A DNA stretch of 63,743 nt from Paracoccaceae bacterium (GCA_014859945.1 JACZKR010000377.1:1-63743), one strand, 5' to 3'; positions 38,494 to 48,394 are shown, counted from the stretch's first letter. Numbers and translations are program-made. Notes: generated from the letters alone by a model not told the origin.

Positions 38494-38549
38494 TGCAGCG
38501 ATTCGGGGTTGAAGCGGCGGCCCCTGTCGTTTAAACGCACTTCTGCTTA

Positions 38550-38625
38550 GCCCCAATAGCTCAGTTGGTAGAGCACCTCATTCGTAATGAGGGGGTCGGC
38601 GGTTCGAGTCCGTCTTGGGGCACCA
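38550..38625 (+). tRNA. Element-encoded tRNA-Thr(CGT), intact
   Basis: GCCCCAA/TTGGGGC acceptor plus ACCA; GCTC/GAGC D stem; CCTCA-TTCGTAA-TGAGG; GGCGG-TTCGAGT-CCGTC; 76 nt. Confidence 0.96.
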
Positions 38626-38643
38626 GCACTCGCACTGCGTCAG

Positions 38644-38667
38644 TCTTGCAACATCCTTGCAACTGGG
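38644..38667. repeat. Putative integrase arm-type sites, right end
   Basis: Tandem TCTTGCAAC and TCCTTGCAACTGGG, inverted relative to 23699-23711. Confidence 0.65.
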
Positions 38668-38721
38668 CGCTGACCTGTCGAAAAACACTTAGTTTTCAAC
38701 GCGGTTAGCCACTAGCCCCGA

Positions 38722-38769
38722 TCATTCGTAATGATGGGGTCGGGGGTTCGAGTCCCTTCACCGGCACCA
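38722..38769 (+). pseudogene. 3' half of host tRNA-Thr(CGT) (attR)
   Basis: TCATTCGTAATGATGGGGTCGGGGGTTCGAGTCCCTTCACCGGCACCA; CACCGGC pairs perfectly with GCCGGTG at 23537. Confidence 0.92.
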
Positions 38770-38780
38770 CGCTTCCTAAA

Positions 38781-38920
38781 TTATCCTAGCATTTCCAGAA
38801 GCTTGCGAGGTTCGACGCCCGGCGCCGTCGCGAGTTTGGCTACGATAAGCACCGTTGGGTTCTTGACCCCCCCGCTCAACGCCGCTGACATAGGTGCGGT
38901 GCAGGTCAACGGCGAAGGCA
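38781..38920 (-). pseudogene. Truncated, frameshifted XRE-family HTH regulator
   Basis: AFAVDLHRTYVSGVERG / VKNPTVLIVAKLATAPGVEPRKLLE, with one extra base in the C7 run at 38867-38873; N-terminus missing. Confidence 0.75.
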
Positions 38921-39029
38921 ACGCACATTTTCTGCGTGTTCTGAAGCCATTGCCGCGCAAGCTGCCGCACGCGGGCGCTTGCAGTGCCGGCCGCGCGGCG
39001 GCAAAGATCGTTCAAAGCGGGGGGCTGCC

Positions 39030-39923
39030 TTGGACCTGAACTGGCTTGAGGACTTTCTGGCCCTTGCGGAAAGCCGCAGCTTTTCGCGCGCGGCCGAGGT
39101 GCGCGGTGTGACGCAAAGCGCTTTCAGCCGCCGCATCCGGGCGCTGGAAGACTGGCTGGGCGCCGGTCTGATCAGCCGTGAAAGCCATCCGGTTACGTTG
39201 ACGGATGAGGGCCGGCAGTTCCGCGAAACGGCGGAAGAGGTGCTGCGGATGCTGACCACCAGCCGCGACACCTTCCGCCACCGCGCCCATGGCGCCGGGC
39301 CGCAGGTTGCCCTGACGTCGCTGCATTCGCTGGCGGTCACCTTTCTGCCCGCGTGGCTGATGCAGGTGCAGGGCCGGATCGGCCCGGTGGCCAGCCGCGT
39401 CATGCCCGACAATTTCGACCGCTGCATCGTTGCCCTGACCGAGGGCGGTTACGATTTCTTCCTGACCTATCATCACCCCGGCGTCGAGGTTCCGCTGGGC
39501 AGCGGCTATCCGGCGCTGGTCATCGGTCATGACCGGCTTTCCGCCGTCGCCCGCCCCGGTTGGCCGGCGGTCTGGGCGACCGCGGGCATGCCGCTGATCC
39601 AGTATTCGCGCGGGTCCTTCCTGGGCAAGCTGGCGCAGATTGCCCAGACCCAGCCCGGCGCACCTCTGGCCTATGTTGCCCATGTGAATGAGGCGTCGAT
39701 GGCCGAGGCGATGAAGTCGATGGCGCTGCAGGGCCATGGCGTGGTCTGGCTGCCGCAAAGTCTGGTCGCCGCCGATATCGCCGCCGGGCGGCTTGAGGTG
39801 GTGGCGCCCGAACTGCCGATGGAAATCCGCCTGTACCGCAACGCGGCGCGCGGGCGGGCGCTGTCTTCGCGCGTCTGGGCCGCGGCGGCCGAGATGGCGC
39901 AGGATCATGCAAATTCGGAATAG
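39030..39923 (+). CDS. LysR family transcriptional regulator
   Basis: LNWLEDFLALAESRSFSRAAEVRGVTQSAFSRRIRALE; TTG start; upstream of aspA. Confidence 0.9.
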   Translation: MDLNWLEDFLALAESRSFSRAAEVRGVTQSAFSRRIRALEDWLGAGLISRESHPVTLTDEGRQFRETAEEVLRMLTTSRDTFRHRAHGAGPQVALTSLHSLAVTFLPAWLMQVQGRIGPVASRVMPDNFDRCIVALTEGGYDFFLTYHHPGVEVPLGSGYPALVIGHDRLSAVARPGWPAVWATAGMPLIQYSRGSFLGKLAQIAQTQPGAPLAYVAHVNEASMAEAMKSMALQGHGVVWLPQSLVAADIAAGRLEVVAPELPMEIRLYRNAARGRALSSRVWAAAAEMAQDHANSE

Positions 39924-40062
39924 GCCCGCCCATCTTGGCATTGGCCGCAACCATCAGAACAGCGTAGATCCGGGCCATGGCCGCGGCTGAACCGCCCGGC
40001 CGCAACAACCTTCATACCGAATGCGCATGACATCCTCGTCAGGGGATGGCCGCGCTTTGCCC

Positions 40063-41490
40063 ATGGACCCGATGATGACCCTGAACCAGCCTCTGATGCG
40101 CAGCGAACATGACCTTCTGGGCGACCGCGATCTGCCCCGGGCGGCCTATTGGGGTATCCACACCCTGCGCGCGGTCGAGAACTTTCCGATCTCGGGCACC
40201 CGGATCGGTCAGGTGCCGGACCTGATCATGGCGCTGGCCGCCATCAAAGAGGCCGCCGCCTGCGCCAATGCCGCGCTTGGGCATCTGGACGGCGCCCGGC
40301 GGGATGCCATCGTTGCCGCCTGCCGCGAGATTCGGGCGGGGGCGTTGCACGATCAGTTCATCGTCGATCAGATTCAGGGAGGCGCCGGCACCTCGACCAA
40401 CATGAACGCGAATGAGGTCATCGCGAACCGCGCGCTGGAACTGATGGGGCAGGAACGGGGGCGCTATGACCTGCTGCATCCGAACGAGCATGTGAACCTG
40501 AGCCAAAGCACCAATGACGTCTATCCGACGGCCCTGCGGCTGGCGGCCCATGCCGGCATCGGGCGGCTGATTGCGGCCATGGCGGGCCTGCGCGGCGCCT
40601 TTGCAGAAAAGGCGGCCGAGTTTGCCGATGTGCTGAAGATGGGCCGCACCCAGTTGCAGGATGCGGTGCCGATGACGCTGGGCCAAGAGTTCAACACCTT
40701 CGCCATCATGCTGGCCGAGGATGAGGCGCGGCTGGCCGAGGCGGCGGCGCTGATGCTTGAGATCAATCTGGGCGGCACGGCCATTGGCACCGGCATCACC
40801 ACCGATCCGGCCTATGCGCCGCTGGTCTGCGCCGAACTGGCGCGGATCACCGGGCTGCCGGTTGTGCCGGCCTTCGACCTGATCGAGGCCACGCAGGACT
40901 GCGGCGCCTTCGTGCAGCTTTCAGGGGTGCTGAAACGGGTCGCGGTCAAGCTGTCGAAGACCTGCAACGACCTGCGGCTTTTGTCGTCCGGCCCACGGGC
41001 CGGGCTGGCCGAGATCAACCTGCCGGCGATGCAGGCCGGATCGTCGATCATGCCGGGCAAGGTGAACCCGGTGATCCCCGAGGTGGTCAATCAGGTGGCA
41101 TTCGAGGTCATCGGCAATGACGTGACCATCAGCTTCGCCGCCGAGGCCGGGCAGTTGCAGCTGAACGCCTTCGAACCCATGATCGCCTACAGCCTGTTCC
41201 GGTCAGTCAGCCATCTTGAGGCCGCGTGCCGCACGCTGGAAACCCGCTGCATCCGGGGCATCACCGCCAACCGCGCCGCGCTGCGGGCCTCGGTCGAAAA
41301 CTCGATCGGCCTTGTCACCGCGCTGAACCCGATCCTTGGTTATGAGGCCACGACACGGCTGGCGCTGGAGGCCTTTCACACCGGCTGTTCGGTGCCCGAT
41401 CTGGTGCGGCGCGCAGGCCTGATGACCGAGGCGCAACTGGCCGCCGTCCTGAACCCCGAAACCCTGACGCGCCCGCAGCCTTTGGGCTGA
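40063..41490 (+). CDS. aspA: Aspartate ammonia-lyase
   Basis: GGAGTSTNMNANEVIAN, SQSTNDVYPT, GRTQLQDAVP, GSSIMPGKVNPVIPE; start uncertain (40063-40075). Confidence 0.93.
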   Translation: MDPMMTLNQPLMRSEHDLLGDRDLPRAAYWGIHTLRAVENFPISGTRIGQVPDLIMALAAIKEAAACANAALGHLDGARRDAIVAACREIRAGALHDQFIVDQIQGGAGTSTNMNANEVIANRALELMGQERGRYDLLHPNEHVNLSQSTNDVYPTALRLAAHAGIGRLIAAMAGLRGAFAEKAAEFADVLKMGRTQLQDAVPMTLGQEFNTFAIMLAEDEARLAEAAALMLEINLGGTAIGTGITTDPAYAPLVCAELARITGLPVVPAFDLIEATQDCGAFVQLSGVLKRVAVKLSKTCNDLRLLSSGPRAGLAEINLPAMQAGSSIMPGKVNPVIPEVVNQVAFEVIGNDVTISFAAEAGQLQLNAFEPMIAYSLFRSVSHLEAACRTLETRCIRGITANRAALRASVENSIGLVTALNPILGYEATTRLALEAFHTGCSVPDLVRRAGLMTEAQLAAVLNPETLTRPQPLG

Positions 41491-41518
41491 CGCGCAATCG
41501 GTCTGCCGCGCGGTGCCC

Positions 41519-42634
41519 CTACAGCGCAGCGCGGTAGATCTGCAGCACGTCCTCCACGCTCATGTCGCGGGGGTTGTTGTCCATCAGGCGACGGATGGCA
41601 TGGGCCTCGGCCGCCCAGCCGGGCAGGTCGGCCTCGGTCGCGCCTTGGGCGGACAGCCGCATTTCCACCCCAAGCGCACGGCACCAGCGGCTGGCTTCGG
41701 CCAGCAGGTTCGCCGGATCAAGGCCCAGAGCCGCCGCGATCTCGGCGGTCTTCTCCGGCGCGACGGGCTGGTTGAAGGCCAGCACATGCGGGAAGATGAT
41801 CGCATTGGCCAGCCCGTGCGGCAGTTTCAGCCGCGTTCCCAGCGGATAGGCCAGCGCATGGCCCGCCGCGGTGTTCACCGGGCCAAGGCAGATGCCGCCG
41901 TAATAGGCGCCCAGAAGCAGCGCCGCCCGGGCATCGGCATCGCTGCCGTCGGCCACGGCGCGCGGCAGGTTGGCGGCGACCAGCGCAATGCCCATCCGGG
42001 CGAAACCGTCGATCAGCGGATGCGCCTTGCGGTTGGTGAAGGCCTCGACGCAATGCGCCATGGCGTCAATTCCGGTGGCTGCGGTGACGGCGCGCGGCAC
42101 GCTCATGGTCAGGGCCGGGTCCATCGCCACCATATCGGCCAGAAGGAAGGGGCTTTCGACCGCCAGCTTGTTCAGCGTGGCCGCATCGGTGACCAGCGCG
42201 CGAATACCGGCCTCGGACCCGGTTCCGGCGGTGGTGGGCACCAGCGCCAGCGCGTTCTGCCGCCCCGTCACCCGGTTCGGGCCGACCACGTCGGCCAACA
42301 TCTGACCGCCGCGCAGCACGGTGACCAGCTTGGCCATATCCATCACCGACCCGCCGCCGAAGCCGACGACCAGATCGGGCGCGGCGGCGCGGGCGGCGGC
42401 CAGCGCGGCGTCAAGGTTGGTGGTGTCCGGTTCCGGCTCGACCCCGTCGAAGACGGTGACATGGCCGGGCAGCGCCAGCCGGTCCAGCATCGGGGCGACC
42501 ACGGCCTGGGTCAGCACCAGAATGCGCGTGAACCCCTGATCCCGGGCCCAGGCGCCGATTTCGGCGGCGGTGCCTGTGCCGTATTCCACGCGGCGCGGCT
42601 GGTGAATGCGGATCGGGCGGGCTTGGCTGGTCAT
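41519..42634 (-). CDS. Iron-containing alcohol dehydrogenase
   Basis: GFGGGSVMD, VPTTAGTGSE, GIDAMAHCVE, HALAY..PHG. Confidence 0.92.
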   Translation of the reverse strand: MTSQARPIRIHQPRRVEYGTGTAAEIGAWARDQGFTRILVLTQAVVAPMLDRLALPGHVTVFDGVEPEPDTTNLDAALAAARAAAPDLVVGFGGGSVMDMAKLVTVLRGGQMLADVVGPNRVTGRQNALALVPTTAGTGSEAGIRALVTDAATLNKLAVESPFLLADMVAMDPALTMSVPRAVTAATGIDAMAHCVEAFTNRKAHPLIDGFARMGIALVAANLPRAVADGSDADARAALLLGAYYGGICLGPVNTAAGHALAYPLGTRLKLPHGLANAIIFPHVLAFNQPVAPEKTAEIAAALGLDPANLLAEASRWCRALGVEMRLSAQGATEADLPGWAAEAHAIRRLMDNNPRDMSVEDVLQIYRAAL

Positions 42635-43557
42635 TGCGGAAAGTCCCTGACGGTGGCGCCGATGGCGAGAAGCTTGTCGCGCAGCGCCGATTGTTCATCT
42701 GCCGACAGGGCCATCAGCGGCGGCCGCAGCCGCAGCCAGCCCGGATCGCCGGTGCGGAAGGCGACCATCGCCTTGATCGCCGGAAGCTGGACGTAGGAAT
42801 TCGACAGGTCGCGATGCGCCACGATGCGCGCCTGCGCGGCGGCCACGGCTTCGGCCTGCGCCGGGTCGTTCGCGCCGCGATAGACGGTCGCCAGTTCGGC
42901 CCCCACAAGGTTCGAAGTGGCGGTGATGCAGCCCGCCCCACCTGCCTGCATCAGCGGCAGCAACAGCGGATCGGCCCCGGCCAGCACCGAAAAACCGGGG
43001 AAGCGTTCGACCATCGCCGTCATGTTGTCGAACTTGCCGGCGGAATCCTTGATCCCCACGACGATGCCCGGAAACGCCGCGATCAGCCGCGCGATCAGGT
43101 CATGGCTGATGGCGATGCCGGCAACCTGCGGGATGTGATACAGCACCACCCGCAGCCGGTTGTCGCCCACGCCTTCGATGATGCGGGCATAGGCGGCAAA
43201 AAGCCCCTCGTCCGAGACACCCTTGTAATAGAAGGGCGGCAGCATCACCACGCGGGTCACGCCCAGCGACAGGGCATGGCGCGTCAGCTCGATGGTTTCG
43301 GGAATGGCCGCCACGCCGGTTCCGGGCAGAAGCCGCGCCGGATCGACGCCGCCGCCAATCGCCGCCTCAAGGATCGCCCGCCGTTCGGTCAGCGAGAAGG
43401 AATTGGCCTCGCCCGTGGTGCCCAAGAGGGCGACGCCAGTGCAGCCATCCTCCAGCAGGCGCTGGCAATGGGCGGTGAAGGCCGCCAGGTTGGGCGACAG
43501 GTCGGCGTTCAGGGGCGTTGCGGCGGCGCAGAAGACGCCGGTCACGGCAGCAGTCAT
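42631..43557 (-). CDS. Dihydrodipicolinate synthase (DapA-like) family aldolase/dehydratase
   Basis: LGTTGEA, PPFYY, LYHIP, GIKDS. Confidence 0.9.
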   Translation of the reverse strand: MTAAVTGVFCAAATPLNADLSPNLAAFTAHCQRLLEDGCTGVALLGTTGEANSFSLTERRAILEAAIGGGVDPARLLPGTGVAAIPETIELTRHALSLGVTRVVMLPPFYYKGVSDEGLFAAYARIIEGVGDNRLRVVLYHIPQVAGIAISHDLIARLIAAFPGIVVGIKDSAGKFDNMTAMVERFPGFSVLAGADPLLLPLMQAGGAGCITATSNLVGAELATVYRGANDPAQAEAVAAAQARIVAHRDLSNSYVQLPAIKAMVAFRTGDPGWLRLRPPLMALSADEQSALRDKLLAIGATVRDFPQ

Positions 43558-44510
43558 TGTTCGGCCCTCGGGCTGGCGGCCATGCGACGGGCATAGGCCA
43601 GCGCATGATCCAGATTGATGTTCTTGGCGATGCCCTTGCCGGCAATGTCGAAGGCCGTTCCGTGATCGACCGAACAGCGGTCGATGGGCAGCCCGACCGA
43701 GACGTTGACGGCCGTATCAAACGCCACCAGCTTGATCGGGATATGGCCCTGATCGTGGTACTGCGCGATCACCAGATCGAAGGCGCCCTGATAGGCCCGG
43801 TGATAGACGGTATCGGCCGAAATCGGACCCTGCACGTCAATCCCCTCGGTCTGCGCCAGCGCGACGGCGGGGGCAAGGAAACTGTCGTCCTCGGTCCCGA
43901 ACAGCCCGCCCTCGCCGCAATGGGGGTTGATGCCGGCGACCGCGATGCGCGGCTTCCGGCCAAGGCGCAGGAAGTGATTGTGGCCGGCGCGGATCGTGGC
44001 CAGCACCCGTTCCACCGTGGCCCGCCCGATGGCGTCGCGCAGGCTGACATGGGTTGAAACGTGGATGACGTTCAGCCGCTCGGACGCCAGCAGCATGAAC
44101 GACGATTTCGCCCCGGTCAGCGCCGCGAGCATGCCGGTGTGGCCGTCATAATGGTGGCCGGCGGCATTCAGCGCGGCCTTGTTGATGGGCGCGGTGACGA
44201 TGCCGGCGATCGCGCCCGCCATCGCCTGATCGACGGCCGCCTTGATGAAGCGAAAGCAGGCCTCGCCCCCCCGGTCGTCCAGCTTGCCGAAGGGCAGCGG
44301 TGCGCCCGGAATGTCGGTGTGATGCACGTCCAGCGCCGCAAGGTCCATCCCGGTGCGCAGCACGGTCTCGGCGGCGGCAAGGCTTTCGCGGTTGCCGAAG
44401 ACGCGATAGCGCGCCCGTTCGGCCGGGCGCAGCGCCGCCAGCGAGCGCAGGATGATCTCGGGCCCGACCCCTGCGGGGTCTCCCATAGTGATGCCGATGG
44501 GGGCGGTCAT
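43554..44510 (-). CDS. pdxA: PdxA family dehydrogenase (catabolic PdxA2-like)
   Basis: [51 protein letters not shown]. Confidence 0.9.
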   Translation of the reverse strand: MTAPIGITMGDPAGVGPEIILRSLAALRPAERARYRVFGNRESLAAAETVLRTGMDLAALDVHHTDIPGAPLPFGKLDDRGGEACFRFIKAAVDQAMAGAIAGIVTAPINKAALNAAGHHYDGHTGMLAALTGAKSSFMLLASERLNVIHVSTHVSLRDAIGRATVERVLATIRAGHNHFLRLGRKPRIAVAGINPHCGEGGLFGTEDDSFLAPAVALAQTEGIDVQGPISADTVYHRAYQGAFDLVIAQYHDQGHIPIKLVAFDTAVNVSVGLPIDRCSVDHGTAFDIAGKGIAKNINLDHALAYARRMAASPRAEQ

Positions 44511-45508
44511 TCGGTTCCTTCCCAGTTCAACTTGTCGGGCGCGCTGACCGCGTGGCAGGCCACATGATGGCCCGTGGCCACTTCGCGCCATGCCGGCACC
44601 GCGCTGCGGCAGGCGTCGCGGGCGATGGGGCAGCGGGTGTGGAAGCGGCAGCCCTGCGGCGGGTTCAGCGGCGAAGGCACTTCGCCCTGCAGACGCTGGC
44701 GGCTGCGCGCCGATTTCGGATCAGGCTCGGGCACCGCCGAAAGCAGCGCGCGGGTATAGGGGTGCATCGGCTGCGAGAAGAGCGCGCCCGCAGGGGCAAG
44801 TTCGGCCAGACGGCCCAGATACATCACGCCGACCCGGTCCGAGATGTGGCGCACCACCGCGAGATCATGCGCGATGAAAAGGTAGGTCAGCCCATACTTC
44901 TCTTGCAGGTCCAGCAGCAGGTTCAGGATCTGCGCCTGAACCGAAACGTCCAGCGCCGAAATCGCCTCGTCACAGACGATGAAGCGCGGCTCACAGGCCA
45001 GGGCGCGGGCAATCGCCACGCGCTGCCGCTGGCCGCCGGAAAGCTCATGCGGATAGCGGTTGGCAAAGCGCGGGGTCAGGCCGACATCGGCCAGCAGCCG
45101 GGTCACCCGCGCGGGCAGGTCGGCCTTGGTGGCCAGCCCGTGGAACAGGATCGGCTCGGCCAGCGCCTCACCGATGGTCATGCGCGGGTTCAAAGTGGAA
45201 TAAGGGTCCTGAAAGACGATCTGCAGCTCACGCCGCAGGGGGCGCATGGCGTCTTCGTCCAGGCCCGCAATCTCTTGCCCGCGATAGCGCACCGACCCGC
45301 CGGTCGGGCGGTGCAGGTTCAGCAGGCAGAAGCCCGTGGTGGACTTGCCGCAGCCCGATTCCCCCACAAGACTAAGGGTTTCGCCTTCGATCACCGTGGC
45401 GGTGAAATCGTCCAGCGCGTGGACCGTGGCCGACCGTTCGCCAAAGGCGCCGACCCGCAGGTCAAAGCGCTTGGACAGGCCGGCAATCTCGATCAGGGGG
45501 GCGGTCAT
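44507..45508 (-). CDS. Peptide/nickel-type ABC transporter ATP-binding protein
   Basis: [34 protein letters not shown]. Confidence 0.92.
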   Translation of the reverse strand: MTAPLIEIAGLSKRFDLRVGAFGERSATVHALDDFTATVIEGETLSLVGESGCGKSTTGFCLLNLHRPTGGSVRYRGQEIAGLDEDAMRPLRRELQIVFQDPYSTLNPRMTIGEALAEPILFHGLATKADLPARVTRLLADVGLTPRFANRYPHELSGGQRQRVAIARALACEPRFIVCDEAISALDVSVQAQILNLLLDLQEKYGLTYLFIAHDLAVVRHISDRVGVMYLGRLAELAPAGALFSQPMHPYTRALLSAVPEPDPKSARSRQRLQGEVPSPLNPPQGCRFHTRCPIARDACRSAVPAWREVATGHHVACHAVSAPDKLNWEGTE

Positions 45509-46494
45509 GCGGCGGCCCTTTCGGTCATCACGGGGCAGGCGACGCGGTGGCGCGGGTCGCTGCCGGGCACGGGGGCAAGCCTTGGCACGGCCTCGGCGCA
45601 GGCCGCCACGGCATGGGCGCAGCGGGGCGCAAAAGGGCAGCCCGGCGGACGGCGGCCCGGCTCGGGCGGGGTGCCGCCGATCGAGGGCAGACGCTCCATC
45701 GCTGCACCGGCCAGCGTGGGCAGCGAGGCCAGAAGTCCCCGGGTGTAGGGGTGCGTGGGCCGTTCGAAGATGGCGGAAACGGGGGCATCCTCAACCACCG
45801 TGCCGGCGTAAAGCACGGCGATCCGGTCTGCCAGCCCGGCGATCAGCGCCAGGTCATGGGTGATCCAGACCACGGCCATCTGCATCTTGTCCTTCAATTC
45901 GCGCACCAAATCGACGATCTGGGCCTGAATGGTCACGTCCAAAGCGGTCGTGGGTTCGTCGGCGATCAGCAGGCGGGGATGGCCGGCAAGACCCATGGCG
46001 ATCATCACCCGCTGCCGCATGCCGCCCGAAAGCTCATGCGGCCAGGCGCGGGCTCGTTCGGCCGGGCCGGGAATGCCCACCAGTTCCAGCAGTTCCACCG
46101 CGCGGGCCTGTGCGGCCTCTTTGGCCAAGCCCTTTTGCCAGATCAGTGCCTCGGCAATCTGGTCGCCCACCCGGATCACCGGATTCAGGCTGGTCATCGG
46201 GTCCTGAAAGATGAAGCCGATTTCCGAGCCACGCACCTTGCGCAGTTCTTTCGGCCCCAGCTTCAGCAGGTCGCGCCCGCCGAACATCGCGCTGCCACCC
46301 GTGGCGCGGATGCGGTTCGGCAGCAGGCCCACCAGCGACAACATGGTCAGCGACTTGCCGCAGCCGGATTCGCCGACGATTCCCACGGATTCTCCCTGCT
46401 GGATCGCCAGGTCGATGCCATCGACCACGCGGGCCGGCCCGCCGTCGCGGGCGATGTCGATGGTCAGGCCCCGGATATCAAGAAGCGCGGTCAT
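45505..46494 (-). CDS. Peptide/nickel-type ABC transporter ATP-binding protein
   Basis: [28 protein letters not shown]; start at MTALLD. Confidence 0.92.
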   Translation of the reverse strand: MTALLDIRGLTIDIARDGGPARVVDGIDLAIQQGESVGIVGESGCGKSLTMLSLVGLLPNRIRATGGSAMFGGRDLLKLGPKELRKVRGSEIGFIFQDPMTSLNPVIRVGDQIAEALIWQKGLAKEAAQARAVELLELVGIPGPAERARAWPHELSGGMRQRVMIAMGLAGHPRLLIADEPTTALDVTIQAQIVDLVRELKDKMQMAVVWITHDLALIAGLADRIAVLYAGTVVEDAPVSAIFERPTHPYTRGLLASLPTLAGAAMERLPSIGGTPPEPGRRPPGCPFAPRCAHAVAACAEAVPRLAPVPGSDPRHRVACPVMTERAAA

Positions 46495-47432
46495 TTCTGC
46501 CCCTTCGGATTCAGGGCGTCGTTCAGCCCGTCGCCAAGGAAGTTGAAGGCCACCGTCACCACCGCCAGAACGGCAGCCGGCGCCAGCAGAAGGTGCGGAT
46601 AATTCGTCCAGACCCGCAGCCCGTCGGAAATCATGTTGCCCCAGCTGGGCGTGGGCGGCGTCACGCCGACGCCCAGGAAGGAAAACGCGCTTTCCAGCAC
46701 CATCGCCGTGCCCAGACCGGCCGAGACGGCAACGATCAGCGGGCCCATGGCGTTGGGCAGCACATAGCGCATCAGGATGATGCGGTTGGTCAGTCCCAGC
46801 GCCCGGGCGGCGGTCACATAGGGCCGGCCGCGCACCGACAGCACCTGCGCCCGCACCAGCCGCGCATAGGGCGGCCAGGTGATCAGCGCCATCGAGCCGA
46901 AGACCAGCACAAAGTCGATGATGGCCGAGTTGCGCCAGATCGGGTTCAGCGTCTCCATATAGCGCGCTTCCATCCACAGGCTGATGGGCTGCTTCAGGCT
47001 GGCGTTGATGACGACCACCAGCAGAAGCTGCGGTACAGACATGGTCATGTCGGTGAACCACATCACGAAGCGGTCGAAGGCGCCGCCGTAAAAACCGGCG
47101 ATGGCCCCCAGAACCACGCCGATCAGCACCGCCGCCACGGTGACGCCCACCGCCACCAGAAAGGCCGTCCGCGCGCCATAGATCAGCCGCGACAGCACAT
47201 CGCGCCCCAGATCGTCGGTGCCCAGCCAGTGCAGGCCCGAGGGCGGCTGGTTCCGCGCGTCCAGATTCTGCGACAGGAAGTCATAGGGCGACATCCACGG
47301 CCCGAAGGCCGCGACGATCACCAGAATTGCGATGATGAACAGCCCGATCACCGCCAGCCGGTTGCGGCGCAGCCGCTTCCACGCATCGCGCCACAGGCTG
47401 GACGGGCGGTCGTCTTCGGCAATCGCGGTCAT
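46491..47432 (-). CDS. ABC transporter permease (OppC-like)
   Basis: HWLGTDDLGRD, EAA-like loop, PSWGNMI. Confidence 0.92.
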   Translation of the reverse strand: MTAIAEDDRPSSLWRDAWKRLRRNRLAVIGLFIIAILVIVAAFGPWMSPYDFLSQNLDARNQPPSGLHWLGTDDLGRDVLSRLIYGARTAFLVAVGVTVAAVLIGVVLGAIAGFYGGAFDRFVMWFTDMTMSVPQLLLVVVINASLKQPISLWMEARYMETLNPIWRNSAIIDFVLVFGSMALITWPPYARLVRAQVLSVRGRPYVTAARALGLTNRIILMRYVLPNAMGPLIVAVSAGLGTAMVLESAFSFLGVGVTPPTPSWGNMISDGLRVWTNYPHLLLAPAAVLAVVTVAFNFLGDGLNDALNPKGQK

Positions 47433-48394
47433 CAGCGGGCCCCCTTCGCATCGGCCGCACGCGGATCAAGCAGCGGGTAAAGCAGATCGACCAGCAGGTT
47501 CGACAGCATGACAAGGAACGACCCGATCAGCGTGATGGCCAGGATCACCGGGAAGTCCGAATTGGTCAGCGCCGAAACCGTCAGCCGCCCCAGCCCCGGC
47601 AGGCCGAAGACCAGTTCGACAAAGATCGCGCCGTTGACGATGGTGATCATGATCAGCCCCAGCTGGGTGACCACCGGCGTCAGCACCGGGCGCAGAATGT
47701 GGCGCAGGGCCACCACCAGTTCCGGCACGCCCTTGGCGCGGGCGGTGCGGACGTAATCCTCGCTCATCACTTCGATCACGGCGGCGCGGGTCTGGCGCAG
47801 GATCAGCGCGATGGGCTGGAATGACAGCACGATCAGCGGCAGCAGGACCTTCACGCTAAAGATGCCGCCCCAGCCATAGGGCACGCTGCCATCGGGCAGC
47901 ACCGCCAGCAGCAGCACCATCAGAAGCGGCCCGGCGACATAGGCCGGAATGGCCCACAGCGCCACGGCGGTGCCAAGGATGATGTAATCCAGCCGCGAAT
48001 TCTGCCGCAGCCCGGCAATCATGCCCAACGGAATGGCGACGATGGCGGTCACCAGAATGGCGCAAAGGCCCAGCTGGAACGAAACCGGCGCGGCCGCCTT
48101 GACCATGGCCCAGACCGACCGGCCCGACACCAGCGAGTTGCCGAAGTTGCCCTGCAGCAGGTTCCAGATATAGCCGCCGAACTGCACGATGAACGGGCGG
48201 TTCAGCCCGGCCTGATCGCGGATCGCCTCGATCTTGGCCGGGTCATAGGCCACGTCGCCGGGCGCGCGCAGGAAGATCAGCTTGATCGGGTCGCCGGCGC
48301 CGTAGAAGGCCAGCGCATAGACCGCAAGCATGACCAGAAGCACCGATGGCACCCACAGGATGAAGCGGCGGAGGATATAGGCAAACATGGCCAT
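47432..48394 (-). CDS. ABC transporter permease (OppB-like)
   Basis: QGNFGNS, EDYVRTARAKG, ELVFGLPGLG. Confidence 0.92.
   Translation of the reverse strand: MAMFAYILRRFILWVPSVLLVMLAVYALAFYGAGDPIKLIFLRAPGDVAYDPAKIEAIRDQAGLNRPFIVQFGGYIWNLLQGNFGNSLVSGRSVWAMVKAAAPVSFQLGLCAILVTAIVAIPLGMIAGLRQNSRLDYIILGTAVALWAIPAYVAGPLLMVLLLAVLPDGSVPYGWGGIFSVKVLLPLIVLSFQPIALILRQTRAAVIEVMSEDYVRTARAKGVPELVVALRHILRPVLTPVVTQLGLIMITIVNGAIFVELVFGLPGLGRLTVSALTNSDFPVILAITLIGSFLVMLSNLLVDLLYPLLDPRAADAKGAR

Larger units (their letters stand above)
23565..38733. mobile_element. ~15.2 kb integrated phage-satellite-like element in tRNA-Thr(CGT)
   Basis: 12-bp direct repeat TCATTCGTAATG at 23565-23576 and 38722-38733; integrase next to the left end; portal and terminase genes; split host tRNA. 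Confidence 0.92.

Noticed and set aside
38578-38589. Core copy within the element tRNA as the true attR
   Set aside because: Joining it to the left half gives a mispaired acceptor stem (GCCGGTG/TTGGGGC), whereas the 38722 copy gives a perfect one. The arm-like repeats also lie between the two copies.
23565-38733. Complete prophage or gene transfer agent
   Set aside because: No recognisable capsid, tail or lysin genes. GTAs lack an integrase and att sites, which are present here.
23537-38769. tRNA intron explanation for the split tRNA-Thr
   Set aside because: The insert is 15 kb with an integrase and a duplicated att core; no group I/II intron features were seen.
38731-39039. 102-aa + strand ORF starting in attR
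   Set aside because: It reads through the tRNA 3' half and is antisense to the XRE relic.
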